A stretch of DNA of 64,000 bases, taken from IMG/VR virus record IMGVR_UViG_3300031240_000002, positions 23,738 through 87,737 of that record; one strand, given 5' to 3'. Below, piece after piece: positions 1 to 9,596 of this stretch. The stretch's first letter is position 1, and every line of letters begins with the position of its first letter. The DNA comes from a virus. Under the pieces are notes generated by a model. That model worked only from the letters and a program-made list of their open reading frames with translations, ran no database searches and was not told the origin of the DNA. Made by a program: the position numbers and the translations under genes.

Positions 1-2856
1 GGTACCGGTGAATACGTTCGACGCGGGGGAGAAAAAAGCCATTCCTGTGTCGGTCGTGTTCCTCCCGCTGTCGACGTTCACGAACGACAGGGTGCCAGGC
101 CAGGTCGAGCTGCCGCCGATCTGTGTGTTGTAGGTCCCTGCCGTGATGCCACCGGCGGTTCCCGTGAACGGACCCGCGTAGAAGGTCTGCACGCTGCCGG
201 CAGAGACGGTCGAGAGCTTGCTGTTATTGGCAACGACCCCGCCGGACATGCCGACGACGTTCATCGACTGGACGGCGGCTGGAGTCTTCGGGAAGGAGAT
301 CCTACCGTTGCTGAACGCATACATAGAGACTTCGTTGTTCGCCACCGGGTCAGAACTGAGGCCAGTCGGATTGGCGGCGATGTACCAGGCGCTCCCGGCG
401 TGTCCCGTGCTGGGTGTGTTATCGACGTAAAACCCGGTGGCGGCCGTGTTCAGGTAGCTGGTCCCGTCGAAGGCGAGCGCGTCATCACGAAGGAGATAAT
501 CCGACAATGCGACGCTCGTCGGACTCGCAAAGGTTCCTCTAGCCTTGATGCTGACGCGCCTCGCTGGCGTGCTCGACGTCGAGTAGGACGCGACGGCCAG
601 CCCGCGGTCAGAGGCGCCAGCCTCGTCGACGAGGTGGACCTGATAGAGCGGGAGGCCGGAGGAGACCCGCGACCCGAAGCGAACGTTGGTCGGGTCATAG
701 CCCAGCGCATTCACCGCCTCCGCCAGGACACCACTACCGTTGAGGAACGGCACCGTGTTGGCGATCCCCGTTACCGACGATCCCGGGATCGCGAGTACGC
801 CGAGAGCTCCCCCGGAGACGTGTAACGTGCCGTCGAACGACAGCCCCAGGTCGGTGCGCGCCGCCCCGCTGTTGTCCACTGCCGTCAGCGGTGCCACAGC
901 GTTCAGCGTTGGCCTCTGAGTCAATGGCACGCCCGCAGCGTCGACCGTTTGATAGAAGACCGTGGTCGTCGCTGTGGCGGAATGCACAGTCCCGTCATCA
1001 TCGATCGCCGTCAGGAACTGTCCGCCAACGGCCGCGAACGTTTTCACCCCGTGCGTGATCGCCCCGGCGTTGTTCTTGAAGGCGATGTTCTTCGAGGCGG
1101 CATCCGCATAGAGGGCACCGAACCCGAGCGCGGGCAACGCGGGAGCGACGCTGTCGGCGAACAGGACGGAGCCCGCCGCCGTCGTCTGATCCGGAATGTT
1201 GGTCAGGATGAAGGTCGCCGCGCCGGGTCCAGTCGCCGTCCCGTCCCCGACCAGCGAGGTGATACCGCCGCTGGTGAACGTCCCGGTCGAGGCGCCCGTA
1301 ACTCGACCTTGCGCATCTAAGGTGATGCTGGTGATTCCGAAACCGCCGATCGTCCCCGCTCCGGGACCGACAGCCGGAAGACCGACGTTGGTGCGGGCGG
1401 GGCTGGCGCTGTCACTGGCTACGACCGTCCCGTCGAAGTTGAGGATCGTGCGCTGGGTCAGCGCCGAGCCGGCCTCTTCGACGGTCTGATAAAAGATCGT
1501 CGGCGCTCCGGTCAGCGAGGAGTATGGGACCGCGCTCCACGCCAGCGCACCGCCGGTGCGCCCGAGGAACTGCCCGTCCGCGCCCGCGACGATGTCCTGA
1601 GCGTTCGCCGTGCTGCCAGTCGGATTACCGACGACAGAGAGCGCCACGCTCTGCCGGAAGAGAGCAGTGGTGATCCCGTTCGCGGCGATCGAGACGTCGG
1701 TCCGGGTCGCCCCGGAATTGTCGACGGGCGTCAGCGGTCCCACGAAGTTGAGGATCGTGCGCTGGGTGAGCGGGGTGCCGGCGGCGTCGATCGTGGCATA
1801 GGCCGATGCCGCGGAGGTTCCGAACGGTTGGTAGGCGCCCCCGTTCTCGGAGAACTCGGCGTGCCCTGTGCTCTCGTTGTAGCGGAATCGCGCAGTGCCG
1901 GAAGCGCTGATCGGCGAGGTGCTCGCCGCGCCGAGGGCCAGCACCGGGTGCGTCGCCGGCGGCGTCCCGATCCCCACCCCTAGGTCTGCCTGTAGCCCAC
2001 CCGTCGACTTGAAGATCCCGAGGATCGTCGCCCCGTTCAGGAGCTGGAGATCGTCCGCCACGTTCATGGCGTCGAGCGTGGCGCCACCAGTTCGGTCGAG
2101 GCGAAGCGCTGGCGCGGCGCCCTTCGCGTGGAGGCTCTGCAGGGGGGCGGCGATCCCGATTCCGACGCGGCCGGTGGCGCGGTCGACCACCACCGGGCCG
2201 CCCGCCGCCGTATTGATCCGGAGCGCGCTTGCGCCGGTGAAGTTGCTCTGGCTGCCGTCGACGATGATCCCGCCGCCGAGCGAGTCGTGGAGGACCATCG
2301 TCTGGTCACTGCTGTCCGCCCCGTGGCTGTAGGCTCCCGCCAGGGTCGTGAAGCCTCCCGCGCCGCCGGTGACGGTCTCCCGCAGGAGTTCAAGCCAGCG
2401 GTTCAGTTCGGTGGCCCAGCCTTGCAGGATCGTCGGGACGCTGGTGTCCTCCAGCGTCTCGAACCCGCCGAGCTTTCGCAGGGTGCGGACGGTGGAGCCG
2501 GGGCCGGGGATGGTCAGGCCGCTCAAGCGGCAGAGGATCGCGGTGATGCGGATCTGGCCCGGGGTCCCAGGGTTGAGCGTCGCCTGGACGTCGTAGGTCC
2601 CGTCGAGCCGGAAGTCCCCCGAGTCGCTGTCGACGTTGAAGGCCGTCGAGTTGGCGGTCGCCAGCAGGATCGGCTCGGGCCCGGCGCCGCCCGCCGCGCT
2701 ACCCTCAGGACGCCCGATCAGCTCCCACTTGACCGAGGTGATCCCGACGTAGTTCGAGAGCGACAGCCCGACGAGATCGCCCGCGACCAGGTCGTCTCGG
2801 TATCCGCTTACCGACCCGCTTCCATTGCGGGTCGACAGAATCGTCGGCTGGGGCAC
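1..2856 (-). CDS. Tail fibre / long virion structural protein, runs off the left edge
   Basis: Absent from the ORF track because no stop lies in the window. Starts at GTG 2856 (MPQPTILSTRNGSGSVSGYRDDLVAGD...) and is still in frame at base 1 (...NTTDTGMAFFSPASNVFTGT). G/T/S/A-rich, repeated TQRTILNF motif, follows the baseplate genes. Confidence 0.75.
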   Translation of the reverse strand, partial: MPQPTILSTRNGSGSVSGYRDDLVAGDLVGLSLSNYVGITSVKWELIGRPEGSAAGGAGPEPILLATANSTAFNVDSDSGDFRLDGTYDVQATLNPGTPGQIRITAILCRLSGLTIPGPGSTVRTLRKLGGFETLEDTSVPTILQGWATELNRWLELLRETVTGGAGGFTTLAGAYSHGADSSDQTMVLHDSLGGGIIVDGSQSNFTGASALRINTAAGGPVVVDRATGRVGIGIAAPLQSLHAKGAAPALRLDRTGGATLDAMNVADDLQLLNGATILGIFKSTGGLQADLGVGIGTPPATHPVLALGAASTSPISASGTARFRYNESTGHAEFSENGGAYQPFGTSAASAYATIDAAGTPLTQRTILNFVGPLTPVDNSGATRTDVSIAANGITTALFRQSVALSVVGNPTGSTANAQDIVAGADGQFLGRTGGALAWSAVPYSSLTGAPTIFYQTVEEAGSALTQRTILNFDGTVVASDSASPARTNVGLPAVGPGAGTIGGFGITSITLDAQGRVTGASTGTFTSGGITSLVGDGTATGPGAATFILTNIPDQTTAAGSVLFADSVAPALPALGFGALYADAASKNIAFKNNAGAITHGVKTFAAVGGQFLTAIDDDGTVHSATATTTVFYQTVDAAGVPLTQRPTLNAVAPLTAVDNSGAARTDLGLSFDGTLHVSGGALGVLAIPGSSVTGIANTVPFLNGSGVLAEAVNALGYDPTNVRFGSRVSSGLPLYQVHLVDEAGASDRGLAVASYSTSSTPARRVSIKARGTFASPTSVALSDYLLRDDALAFDGTSYLNTAATGFYVDNTPSTGHAGSAWYIAANPTGLSSDPVANNEVSMYAFSNGRISFPKTPAAVQSMNVVGMSGGVVANNSKLSTVSAGSVQTFYAGPFTGTAGGITAGTYNTQIGGSSTWPGTLSFVNVDSGRNTTDTGMAFFSPASNVFTGT

Positions 2857-2902
2857 GCGCCCATGATAGAGGGGCGGACCGTGGGTGGACTAGAGGGCGG
2901 GC

Positions 2903-4360
2903 CTACCGGAGGCGCTTCACGCCGTGGTCGAAGCCGAGGAACGCCAGGACAAGAGTTCCCGCCCCCGCAGCCGCAGCCCAGAATGTCGGCAGCAGCGCAT
3001 TGAACGGCAGCACGCCTCGCCCGGGTACCTGGCCTGCGGTGGCAGTCAGGAGAGGAGGGAATCCCGTAGCACTGAACCCAGGAGAAGCCGCGGTCCCATC
3101 GCCCTGGTCTGGATAGGCATCACTCGTTCCGGTGCCGGTGCCAGCGAGAAACGAGCACGCCGCTCGGCTTGAGATCGCCGGCACCACGGGGGGCGAATTC
3201 ACTTCGAGCTTAGCGGTCGCTGCACCACCGTAGACGTGCTGAACATTGTTCAGGTTGGCGAGGAAGCTCACGCCATCGTGGTACGTGTACGAATCGTCCA
3301 TGAAGCAGGCCGCCCGCCGTGTGGTGTTCGCGATGACGCTGCCGAGTCCGATGTAGACGCAGGCGGCAGTTGGGGCGCTGCCGCGCGGCGTGGTGATCGC
3401 CGCGGTCGGTCTCCCCGTCGACAGGGTCGGCGGCGTCGTGCTCTCGACGATGACCACGGGCGCGTGGAGCGTCGTGCCCATCTGCGGCGCGTGGCGGCCG
3501 CCGACCGCGTAGAGGTAGTAGGGCTTGTTCCATGTCGCGCTCGCGGGCGAGCCGAACGGATTGGCCGCGCCGTCCTGGAAGATCTCCAGCGAGACCCCGA
3601 GTGTCTCGATCAGTTCGCCGTCGATGATCACCCGGCAGTCGTCCAGGGCGCCGAACGAGATCGTCGATGCCGTGGTCGTCGGGTCGGCGGTCAGGTCCCA
3701 CTGCGGTTTGAACCCGGAGACGATCCCGCTGAAGTTCGACCAGGGAAACGGCGCGCGCCGGAACATCCGCGGCACCGCGGAGAATCCCGTCGCATCGCTG
3801 GCGCCGGTCGGGACAAAGACCTCGAACAGCGCGAATGCCCCAGATGGAACCGCAGGCGGGACAGGCGAGGAGCCAGGCGTCCCTGCGACGACGGCGAGCG
3901 TCGCCTGTGGGTTTGTCGTCTTGAAGACGTTCTGCGGCGTCGTCGTGCGCGCGACCGGGTCCACCAGGATCGTCCGGCTCTGGCTGTCCGCGTCGACCGC
4001 CGCCGGCGTCGCCACCACCAGGTCGATCCGCGGATTCCCCGACGGAGCGCCGAAGGTCAGCACCGTCTGCGCCCAGCGCGCGATCTCGTAGGCGCTGTCG
4101 TCCGCGGTGAGGCTGCTGTCGCCGGGGTTCCAGCAGAGCGCCTGCGCGGCCGCCAGGGTCATGTTGAAGGTGGCCACGACGCCCACCAGCGAGCACGGTC
4201 CGCTCAGACCCGTGATCGGTATGCCACCCACGTCTGAGCTGGCGTCGGCCAGGAGGTTCTGCAGATCGCGGCTCGCGAGCGACTGCAACCGATTGACGTC
4301 CGACGTGATGAATTCTTCGCGCGCGTTGAATTTCTCTCGGGACGTTCCGATGCCGCTCAT
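2903..4360 (-). CDS. Virion structural protein (baseplate/tail-fibre associated)
   Basis: 485 aa with the NPRIDLVV motif typical of phage baseplate/fibre-attachment proteins; lies between wedge and fibre genes. Confidence 0.65.
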   Translation of the reverse strand: MSGIGTSREKFNAREEFITSDVNRLQSLASRDLQNLLADASSDVGGIPITGLSGPCSLVGVVATFNMTLAAAQALCWNPGDSSLTADDSAYEIARWAQTVLTFGAPSGNPRIDLVVATPAAVDADSQSRTILVDPVARTTTPQNVFKTTNPQATLAVVAGTPGSSPVPPAVPSGAFALFEVFVPTGASDATGFSAVPRMFRRAPFPWSNFSGIVSGFKPQWDLTADPTTTASTISFGALDDCRVIIDGELIETLGVSLEIFQDGAANPFGSPASATWNKPYYLYAVGGRHAPQMGTTLHAPVVIVESTTPPTLSTGRPTAAITTPRGSAPTAACVYIGLGSVIANTTRRAACFMDDSYTYHDGVSFLANLNNVQHVYGGAATAKLEVNSPPVVPAISSRAACSFLAGTGTGTSDAYPDQGDGTAASPGFSATGFPPLLTATAGQVPGRGVLPFNALLPTFWAAAAGAGTLVLAFLGFDHGVKRLR

Positions 4361-4393
4361 GCGGCGATGCTACACGGGGACCAGAGCGAGCGT

Positions 4394-4909
4394 CTATCCG
4401 CCGTCTGCCGGGATGCAGATTTCGAACACCGCGACGTAGGTCTTTCCGATTGGGCATGTACCGCCATCGCCGGCCAGAACGGTGCCCCCTGGACAACTCG
4501 CCAGCGGCACGCTGGCCGGACATGGCTGGGCATTGGGATCGCAATAGCGGACGCCTGGTACCGAGACACAGGCGTCGGTGCCAGCGTCGAGACGACCGTC
4601 CGCGCCCGCTGCCTGGCCTCCGCCGTCCTGGCCGCCCGTAGCGCCCCCTGTGGCTTCCAGCCCGCCTGCCTGCCCGCCGGGGGCACCAGCGAGCCCGCCA
4701 GCGCCACCGAGACTCGCCTGCAGCTGGGCGGCATCAGGAGTGACCGACCCACACCCAGACACCGCGACGCCCACGCCGAGCGCCAGCCCGAACATGATCG
4801 CCACGACGATCCACAGGCTGACCTGAGGATTCGCATGGGCCGCCCGCGACAACGGGACGGGCAGGCGCCGGCAGAGGAAGCAGTCCGGGTCCGAGCAGGT
4901 CATCATCAT
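4394..4909 (-). CDS. Putative lipoprotein (moron), Gly-rich linker plus Cys-rich C-terminal domain
   Basis: Hydrophobic segment ending VAVSGC (lipobox-like), GGAGG/DGG/DAG linker, several Cys; has its own upstream motif at 4916-4926. Confidence 0.6.
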   Translation of the reverse strand: MMMTCSDPDCFLCRRLPVPLSRAAHANPQVSLWIVVAIMFGLALGVGVAVSGCGSVTPDAAQLQASLGGAGGLAGAPGGQAGGLEATGGATGGQDGGGQAAGADGRLDAGTDACVSVPGVRYCDPNAQPCPASVPLASCPGGTVLAGDGGTCPIGKTYVAVFEICIPADGG

Positions 4910-4915
4910 GGTCGA

Positions 4916-4926
4916 GATACTACGCG
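4916..4926 (-). promoter_or_regulatory. CGCGTAGTATC motif copy 1
   Basis: Exact 11-mer; TAGTAT ends 7 nt before ATG 4909. Confidence 0.7.
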
Positions 4927-4928
4927 AC

Positions 4929-6647
4929 TCAGGTCGCCAAGACGGACCGCACCCAAAACCAGGCGACCAGGTTGCCGACCGCGAAACCGTCCGACTGCAC
5001 CCACCCGTGGATCCCGGTGACGCGCTGGGTGGGGATCGTGGCCCGCTGGGTATCCTGGCGGCGATAAACGGGCGTCGTCAGGTGGGTCCCGTCCTCGAGG
5101 TCGTAGACCAGGAAGTGGGAGACGTGGGGGGATAGGGTCAGGGACGAGCAGTCGTGACCGGCGAACGCCTCGGAGACCCACCAGATCTGGCCGGAGGCGG
5201 GCGCGAGGTCGAAGACCTTGGTCGGGGAAGCTCCGCTCGACTGGCCCTCCCCGAGCTCCAACGTGAGGCCGTAGAGGGCGATGTCGAACTGGACCCCGCC
5301 CGCCTTCTTGTTGGAGACGTCCTGGTAGAGCGCGAGCAGCGCGGACGTGACCCCGGGCGGGAGGCTCGGCGCGCCCTCCGGGAACCCGAGCACCGGGTCG
5401 TCACCGAAGCCACCGTCGTCGAAGAAGAACTCGTAGCCCTGCGGGTCCCTGACCAGGTCCTGAAGTTGGACCTCGAAGTAGGCCGTGGCCATCCGGCGGT
5501 CGACCCCGAAGAGGCCGCTCTCCGGATCGTCGAAGAAGCCGAGGAGCTGGTCGTCCCCGAACATCGCCCCGAAGCTCCCAAGGCCATAGCTGGCCTTGAG
5601 CGCGGGGGTGGCGCCGTCGTCGAACGGCTCGAGGACCAGCACGGGCGGCAGGCCGAGCTGCTGGGCCATCTGCTGGGCGCTCTGCGCCACGGCGATGGGG
5701 GAGACCGCGTCCGGCATGTTCCGGATCCGCTGGCGGTAGGATCCCTCCGTCTCCCCCGCCTGGCGGAGCTGGCCGCGCTCGGAGCCCCAGACCGATAGAT
5801 AGTCGGCCGCCGCCCCCTGGATTGGGTCGGACGGGCCAATCGTCGTGAAGACCGTGGCGAAAAGCCCCACATGCGCGAAGGCGAGCGGCGTGGTCCCGAG
5901 GACGTACGGGGCGGTGGTGGTGAGCTGCCAGAGCTGGCCTCCGTGGGTCGTCCCCTGCGCGACCGGGACGAGCATCCCGGCCAGGACAGCCGAGGACACC
6001 AGGAAGTCCTCCGGGCGCGCCCAGGCGCCGCTGGCGGCGACCCAGAGGCCGTTCTGCGCCTGGGCGGTCTGACCGGTCAGGAGCACCCGGTCGTTGGCGC
6101 CCAGCGCCACCCCGTCGATCGTGGGCAGGCCCGTGAGCGCCTGGTTGGTGGTCGCCAGGACGCGCGCTGCGGCGAAGATGAGGGCCGCAGGCGCGAACAG
6201 GACGCCACCCGCCCCGTCGTTCACCACCAGCGATGCCGGGTCGACCATGAATCCGGGGTCGTCCTCGCTGTTGACCAGCTCCGTCTTGCGCAGCGTGGCG
6301 ACCGGGACCGACAGACTGGTGACGCCGGACCCCACCGCCACCGCGACCGTGGCGATCGCCTGGACGCCGCGCGCGTCGATGAAGCCGTACCCGAGCGGTA
6401 GGATCCCGCTGGTACCGCCAGCGGCGCGGGAGACGGTGACGGTCGAGCTCCCCACCTGGCCCCCCGAGGCCGTCGAGATCATCCCCTGGGCGCCGTTGTG
6501 GTCGACCCCCACGCCGAGGCGCGCGAAGACCTGGATCATCGCCCCCAGGACGGTGGCGCTGTCCATGTCGTCGAGGATCGGCTGCAGCCACCCGAACTCG
6601 TCGGTGGTCCGCCGCAGCATCGCGAGGAGGCTGTCGAAGGTCTCCAC
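4929..6647 (-). CDS. Baseplate wedge/tail protein with an inserted head-fibre-like domain
   Basis: Follows baseplate J. Has YLSVWGSERGQLRQAGETEGSYRQRI (wedge-type motif) and TIDGVALGANDRVLLTGQTAQAQNGLW (common virion domain). GTG 6647 chosen for its upstream AAGGGG. Confidence 0.65.
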   Translation of the reverse strand: METFDSLLAMLRRTTDEFGWLQPILDDMDSATVLGAMIQVFARLGVGVDHNGAQGMISTASGGQVGSSTVTVSRAAGGTSGILPLGYGFIDARGVQAIATVAVAVGSGVTSLSVPVATLRKTELVNSEDDPGFMVDPASLVVNDGAGGVLFAPAALIFAAARVLATTNQALTGLPTIDGVALGANDRVLLTGQTAQAQNGLWVAASGAWARPEDFLVSSAVLAGMLVPVAQGTTHGGQLWQLTTTAPYVLGTTPLAFAHVGLFATVFTTIGPSDPIQGAAADYLSVWGSERGQLRQAGETEGSYRQRIRNMPDAVSPIAVAQSAQQMAQQLGLPPVLVLEPFDDGATPALKASYGLGSFGAMFGDDQLLGFFDDPESGLFGVDRRMATAYFEVQLQDLVRDPQGYEFFFDDGGFGDDPVLGFPEGAPSLPPGVTSALLALYQDVSNKKAGGVQFDIALYGLTLELGEGQSSGASPTKVFDLAPASGQIWWVSEAFAGHDCSSLTLSPHVSHFLVYDLEDGTHLTTPVYRRQDTQRATIPTQRVTGIHGWVQSDGFAVGNLVAWFWVRSVLAT

Positions 6648-6651
6648 GGGG

Positions 6652-6864
6652 TCAGCCCCTTGGTCGGTGCGGGCGGGCACCGCGGAATGCGGCCGGACGA
6701 CCGCGCAACCAGAAGACCGGCCGGGCTCCGGTGCGATCGTTCAGCATGATCCCGTAGGCAGTCGGCCTGCCTTCCCGGCTCTCAAGCCAGCCGAGCGCCT
6801 CCAAGATCTCGTCCGGGCATTCCACGGAAGAATCGGAGTAGTCGACCGGGCGAGGATCGCTCAC
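6652..6864 (-). CDS. Small hypothetical protein (MSDPRPVDYSDSSVECPDEILEALGW...)
   Basis: GTG overlaps the TGA of baseplate J and the ORF fills the gap exactly. Confidence 0.45.
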   Translation of the reverse strand: MSDPRPVDYSDSSVECPDEILEALGWLESREGRPTAYGIMLNDRTGARPVFWLRGRPAAFRGARPHRPRG

Positions 6865-7970
6865 GAGATGAAGCTCACGTCCTGCGGGCGCACGCGCAGG
6901 ATCTGGCTGTTCGAGGTCGTCTCGACGTCGCCCACCGGCGCCACGACCGAGTTCGCGGTGACGATCACCCCCGGCACGGCGCGCGCGGCCGCAGCGCAGT
7001 CGCTCACCAGCAGGGGCTGGCCCGGCCGGTAGAACTGCGAGATCGCCACCATCGTCGCGCGCACGGCCGAGGAAGCCGCCACGGTGTCGATCCCCGCCTG
7101 GAACTCCAGGTCGTAGACCACCTGCTCGTACTGGATCTGGCCGCCCGAGACGAAGACCGGGATCCCGGCGGCGCGGTAGGTCAGCAGGTTGTCGATCACC
7201 CCCTGGATCATCGCCCGCGAGCTGTTGCCGTTCTGGTCGCTGATGACGAGCTCGACGGCGCCGGCGGGCAGGGCATTGCCTGGGTTCACGATCTCGAAGG
7301 CCGTGGCCACCGTCGCGCCGACGCCGGCCGAGATGGCGCCGTACTGGATGGCCGCCAAGATCCCCCGGCGGGCGGTGATATAGAAGGTCAGCGCGCGCGC
7401 GCGGAAGTAGTCGTCGCTCTCGACCTCGTTCCCCCCCGCCGCGCCGGTCGGATTGGTGACGGTGATGCTGTCGTCGAACGGCGGGGTGACCCAGCTGTCC
7501 AGCGCGCCCGCCGCGACGTTCTGCGCCGATCCCGTAACCGCCGCGACGCCCTCGCCTGGCTGGGTCAGGTCGGTGGCGCCGAACACCACGTCGGTCTGCA
7601 GGGTGAAGATCGACCCGTCGGAGGTGGTGAGCTGGCTCCCCGCCGAGATCGTCCCGCCGCCGGCGCCGTCGGTCGGACGCGCGAGCTCCAGGTCGACGGT
7701 CGCTAGCGTCGCCGGCAGGCGCGTGATCCCGAAGCGGTCGGCGACCACCTTGTCGAGCGCCGCGCCACGCGCGGTGGAGACGAACAGGCCACGAACGCAC
7801 TTCGCCCAGGCGGCGGTGATCATCTCGCCCATGAGCGAGGCCCCGCCGAACAGCAGGTTGATGTTGGACCCCGGGACGTCGATGATCGCCGGGTTGATCC
7901 GGATCAGCTGCTGCTGCTTCGCGTAGCGGCGGGCCTGCGAAAAGAGGTCCTGCCTGGACGGGAGATCCAC
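6861..7970 (-). CDS. Baseplate J / Mu gp47-like protein
   Basis: STARGAALDKVVADRFGITRLPAT and VTNPTGAAGGNEVESDDYFRAR are Baseplate_J signatures. Confidence 0.9.
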   Translation of the reverse strand: MDLPSRQDLFSQARRYAKQQQLIRINPAIIDVPGSNINLLFGGASLMGEMITAAWAKCVRGLFVSTARGAALDKVVADRFGITRLPATLATVDLELARPTDGAGGGTISAGSQLTTSDGSIFTLQTDVVFGATDLTQPGEGVAAVTGSAQNVAAGALDSWVTPPFDDSITVTNPTGAAGGNEVESDDYFRARALTFYITARRGILAAIQYGAISAGVGATVATAFEIVNPGNALPAGAVELVISDQNGNSSRAMIQGVIDNLLTYRAAGIPVFVSGGQIQYEQVVYDLEFQAGIDTVAASSAVRATMVAISQFYRPGQPLLVSDCAAAARAVPGVIVTANSVVAPVGDVETTSNSQILRVRPQDVSFIS

Positions 7971-7974
7971 GGGT

Positions 7975-8835
7975 TCAGCCCCCCGCCGGCGAGACCTGGC
8001 CGAGCGCGCTCACGCTGCCGCCAGAGTCGACGAAGGTTCCCCGCCGCGTCTTCACGGTGGGGGCGAAGGTGGTGAGGCCGTTGCTGGCCTGGGAGACGAA
8101 GAGCGCGGCCGCCGCCACGTCGGGCTCCTGCTTGATCTGGCTCAGCATGTCGGTCTTCGTGCTGGCGAGCATGGCGGGCGAGCCGAGCGACTTGAGGTCG
8201 ACCGCGGAGCCGTACCCGGGGAGCGTCTTGAAGGCGTTCTTCTTGGTGAACATGCGCCGGTAGACACGGACCTTCGTTCCCCCGTCCGGCGTGTCGAGCG
8301 CGATGTCCCCGCCCGCGAACGCCATCATGCCGGTGGCGACCGGCTGCAGAATGTCGACGAGGTCCTGGGGCCGCTGGTAGGTGAGCTTCGTCTGTTGGAG
8401 CCGCTGGACACCACCGAAGTCGGCGCTGGCCGGCGTTCCAAGCCCACCACCCGCCAGCGACTGTAGCCCCTGCTGCACGGTGACCAGGTAGAGCACCCCG
8501 AAGACCAGCGCCACGTCGGTGTGGACGTCGAAACCCCGCTCGCTGCTGGCCCCGCCGTTCCCGACGCCATACTCGCCGGGGAGGTGCATGAGCGCGTCGA
8601 CCGCAAGCGTCGCCGGGGCCGCGGCGTTGCCACTCGGCACCGAAAACAGATAGTTGCTCGGGTTGAGCGCGTCCCCGGCCCCGCCAGGGCTGACGTGCAG
8701 GGGCTCCTCGTTGAAGACGACGCGTGCGACGTGGGAGGCGACGGCCAGCGCCCGGACGACGGTGATCGGGCCGCCCGCCCCCATGCGCCCGATGCCGAAT
8801 GAGCTCCGGCCGAAGCCGCGCGGTTGGGTCGCCAC
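7975..8835 (-). CDS. Baseplate wedge/sheath initiator (gp25/W-like C-terminus) with N-terminal Ig-like domain
   Basis: Lies between spike and J; C-terminal GDIAL...LPGYG...QIKQEPDV pattern. Confidence 0.6.
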   Translation of the reverse strand: MATQPRGFGRSSFGIGRMGAGGPITVVRALAVASHVARVVFNEEPLHVSPGGAGDALNPSNYLFSVPSGNAAAPATLAVDALMHLPGEYGVGNGGASSERGFDVHTDVALVFGVLYLVTVQQGLQSLAGGGLGTPASADFGGVQRLQQTKLTYQRPQDLVDILQPVATGMMAFAGGDIALDTPDGGTKVRVYRRMFTKKNAFKTLPGYGSAVDLKSLGSPAMLASTKTDMLSQIKQEPDVAAAALFVSQASNGLTTFAPTVKTRRGTFVDSGGSVSALGQVSPAGG

Positions 8836-8876
8836 GGGACCATCCTACGGGCGGGCCGCCCGCTGCGGCAAGAAGG

Positions 8877-9596
8877 TCAGCCGGCTTTGACGGTGTCGGA
8901 CGATCCCGTGATCGCGCCGCCGTCGAACTCAATGGCCGTCCCAGGCCCCGGCGGCCCCCCCGGCGAGAATCCCCCCGTCGCCAGAAGGGCGGTCGCCAGG
9001 TGCTCGACATCGGTCGGGCTCATGTTCAGCTTCGTCGAGTCGCCCTTCCGCGCCACCCCGGCCGTCCCGCCGTTGAGGATGATCGACCCGTCCGGGTTCA
9101 CCAGGACGGTGCTCGTGTGCTCGCCGTCGGTCGAGCGGAGATCGATCGGGACGCCGGCGGCGTAGACCAGGAAGCGGTCGTTCTGGAAGATCGGCTTTCC
9201 GTCGGCGCCGACCGGAACGACGTTGGCGTCGCCGTCCGCGATCACCGCCAGGATCCGCGGGACCATCGAGACGTCCCCATCCGGGATGCCCACCACCACC
9301 TGGTCGCCCACCTTGATAGGGCCGCAGACGAAGACCGTCCCCGCGGCGATCCCATGGGTGCAGGTGCAGGGGTGGCCGCTCGGCTCGAGCACCACGTCGA
9401 CGTCGATCCCAGCGGGGCTGATCACGATCGCGTTCGGGTTCGATAGGTCGACCTCCCCGTCGTCGTCGACCGCCGCGACGGTCGCGTAGCTGACCCAGTG
9501 ACGGAGATCGGCGCCCTGATGGGCCAGCGCCTTGCCGATCCGCCTGGCATCCCAGCTCTTCCGGATCGCCGTTCCCGCCCGTGCGCGCCGCGCCAT
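8877..9596 (-). CDS. Baseplate spike (gpV/gp5 OB-fold)
   Basis: PIKVGDQVVVGIPDGD OB-fold motif; C-terminal GVARKGD...GAITGSSDTVKAG. Confidence 0.8.
   Translation of the reverse strand: MARRARAGTAIRKSWDARRIGKALAHQGADLRHWVSYATVAAVDDDGEVDLSNPNAIVISPAGIDVDVVLEPSGHPCTCTHGIAAGTVFVCGPIKVGDQVVVGIPDGDVSMVPRILAVIADGDANVVPVGADGKPIFQNDRFLVYAAGVPIDLRSTDGEHTSTVLVNPDGSIILNGGTAGVARKGDSTKLNMSPTDVEHLATALLATGGFSPGGPPGPGTAIEFDGGAITGSSDTVKAG

Noticed and set aside
1-2856. Diversity-generating retroelement targeting the fibre
   Set aside because: No reverse transcriptase or TR/VR pair in the window; the fibre C-terminus is outside it, so this cannot be fully excluded.
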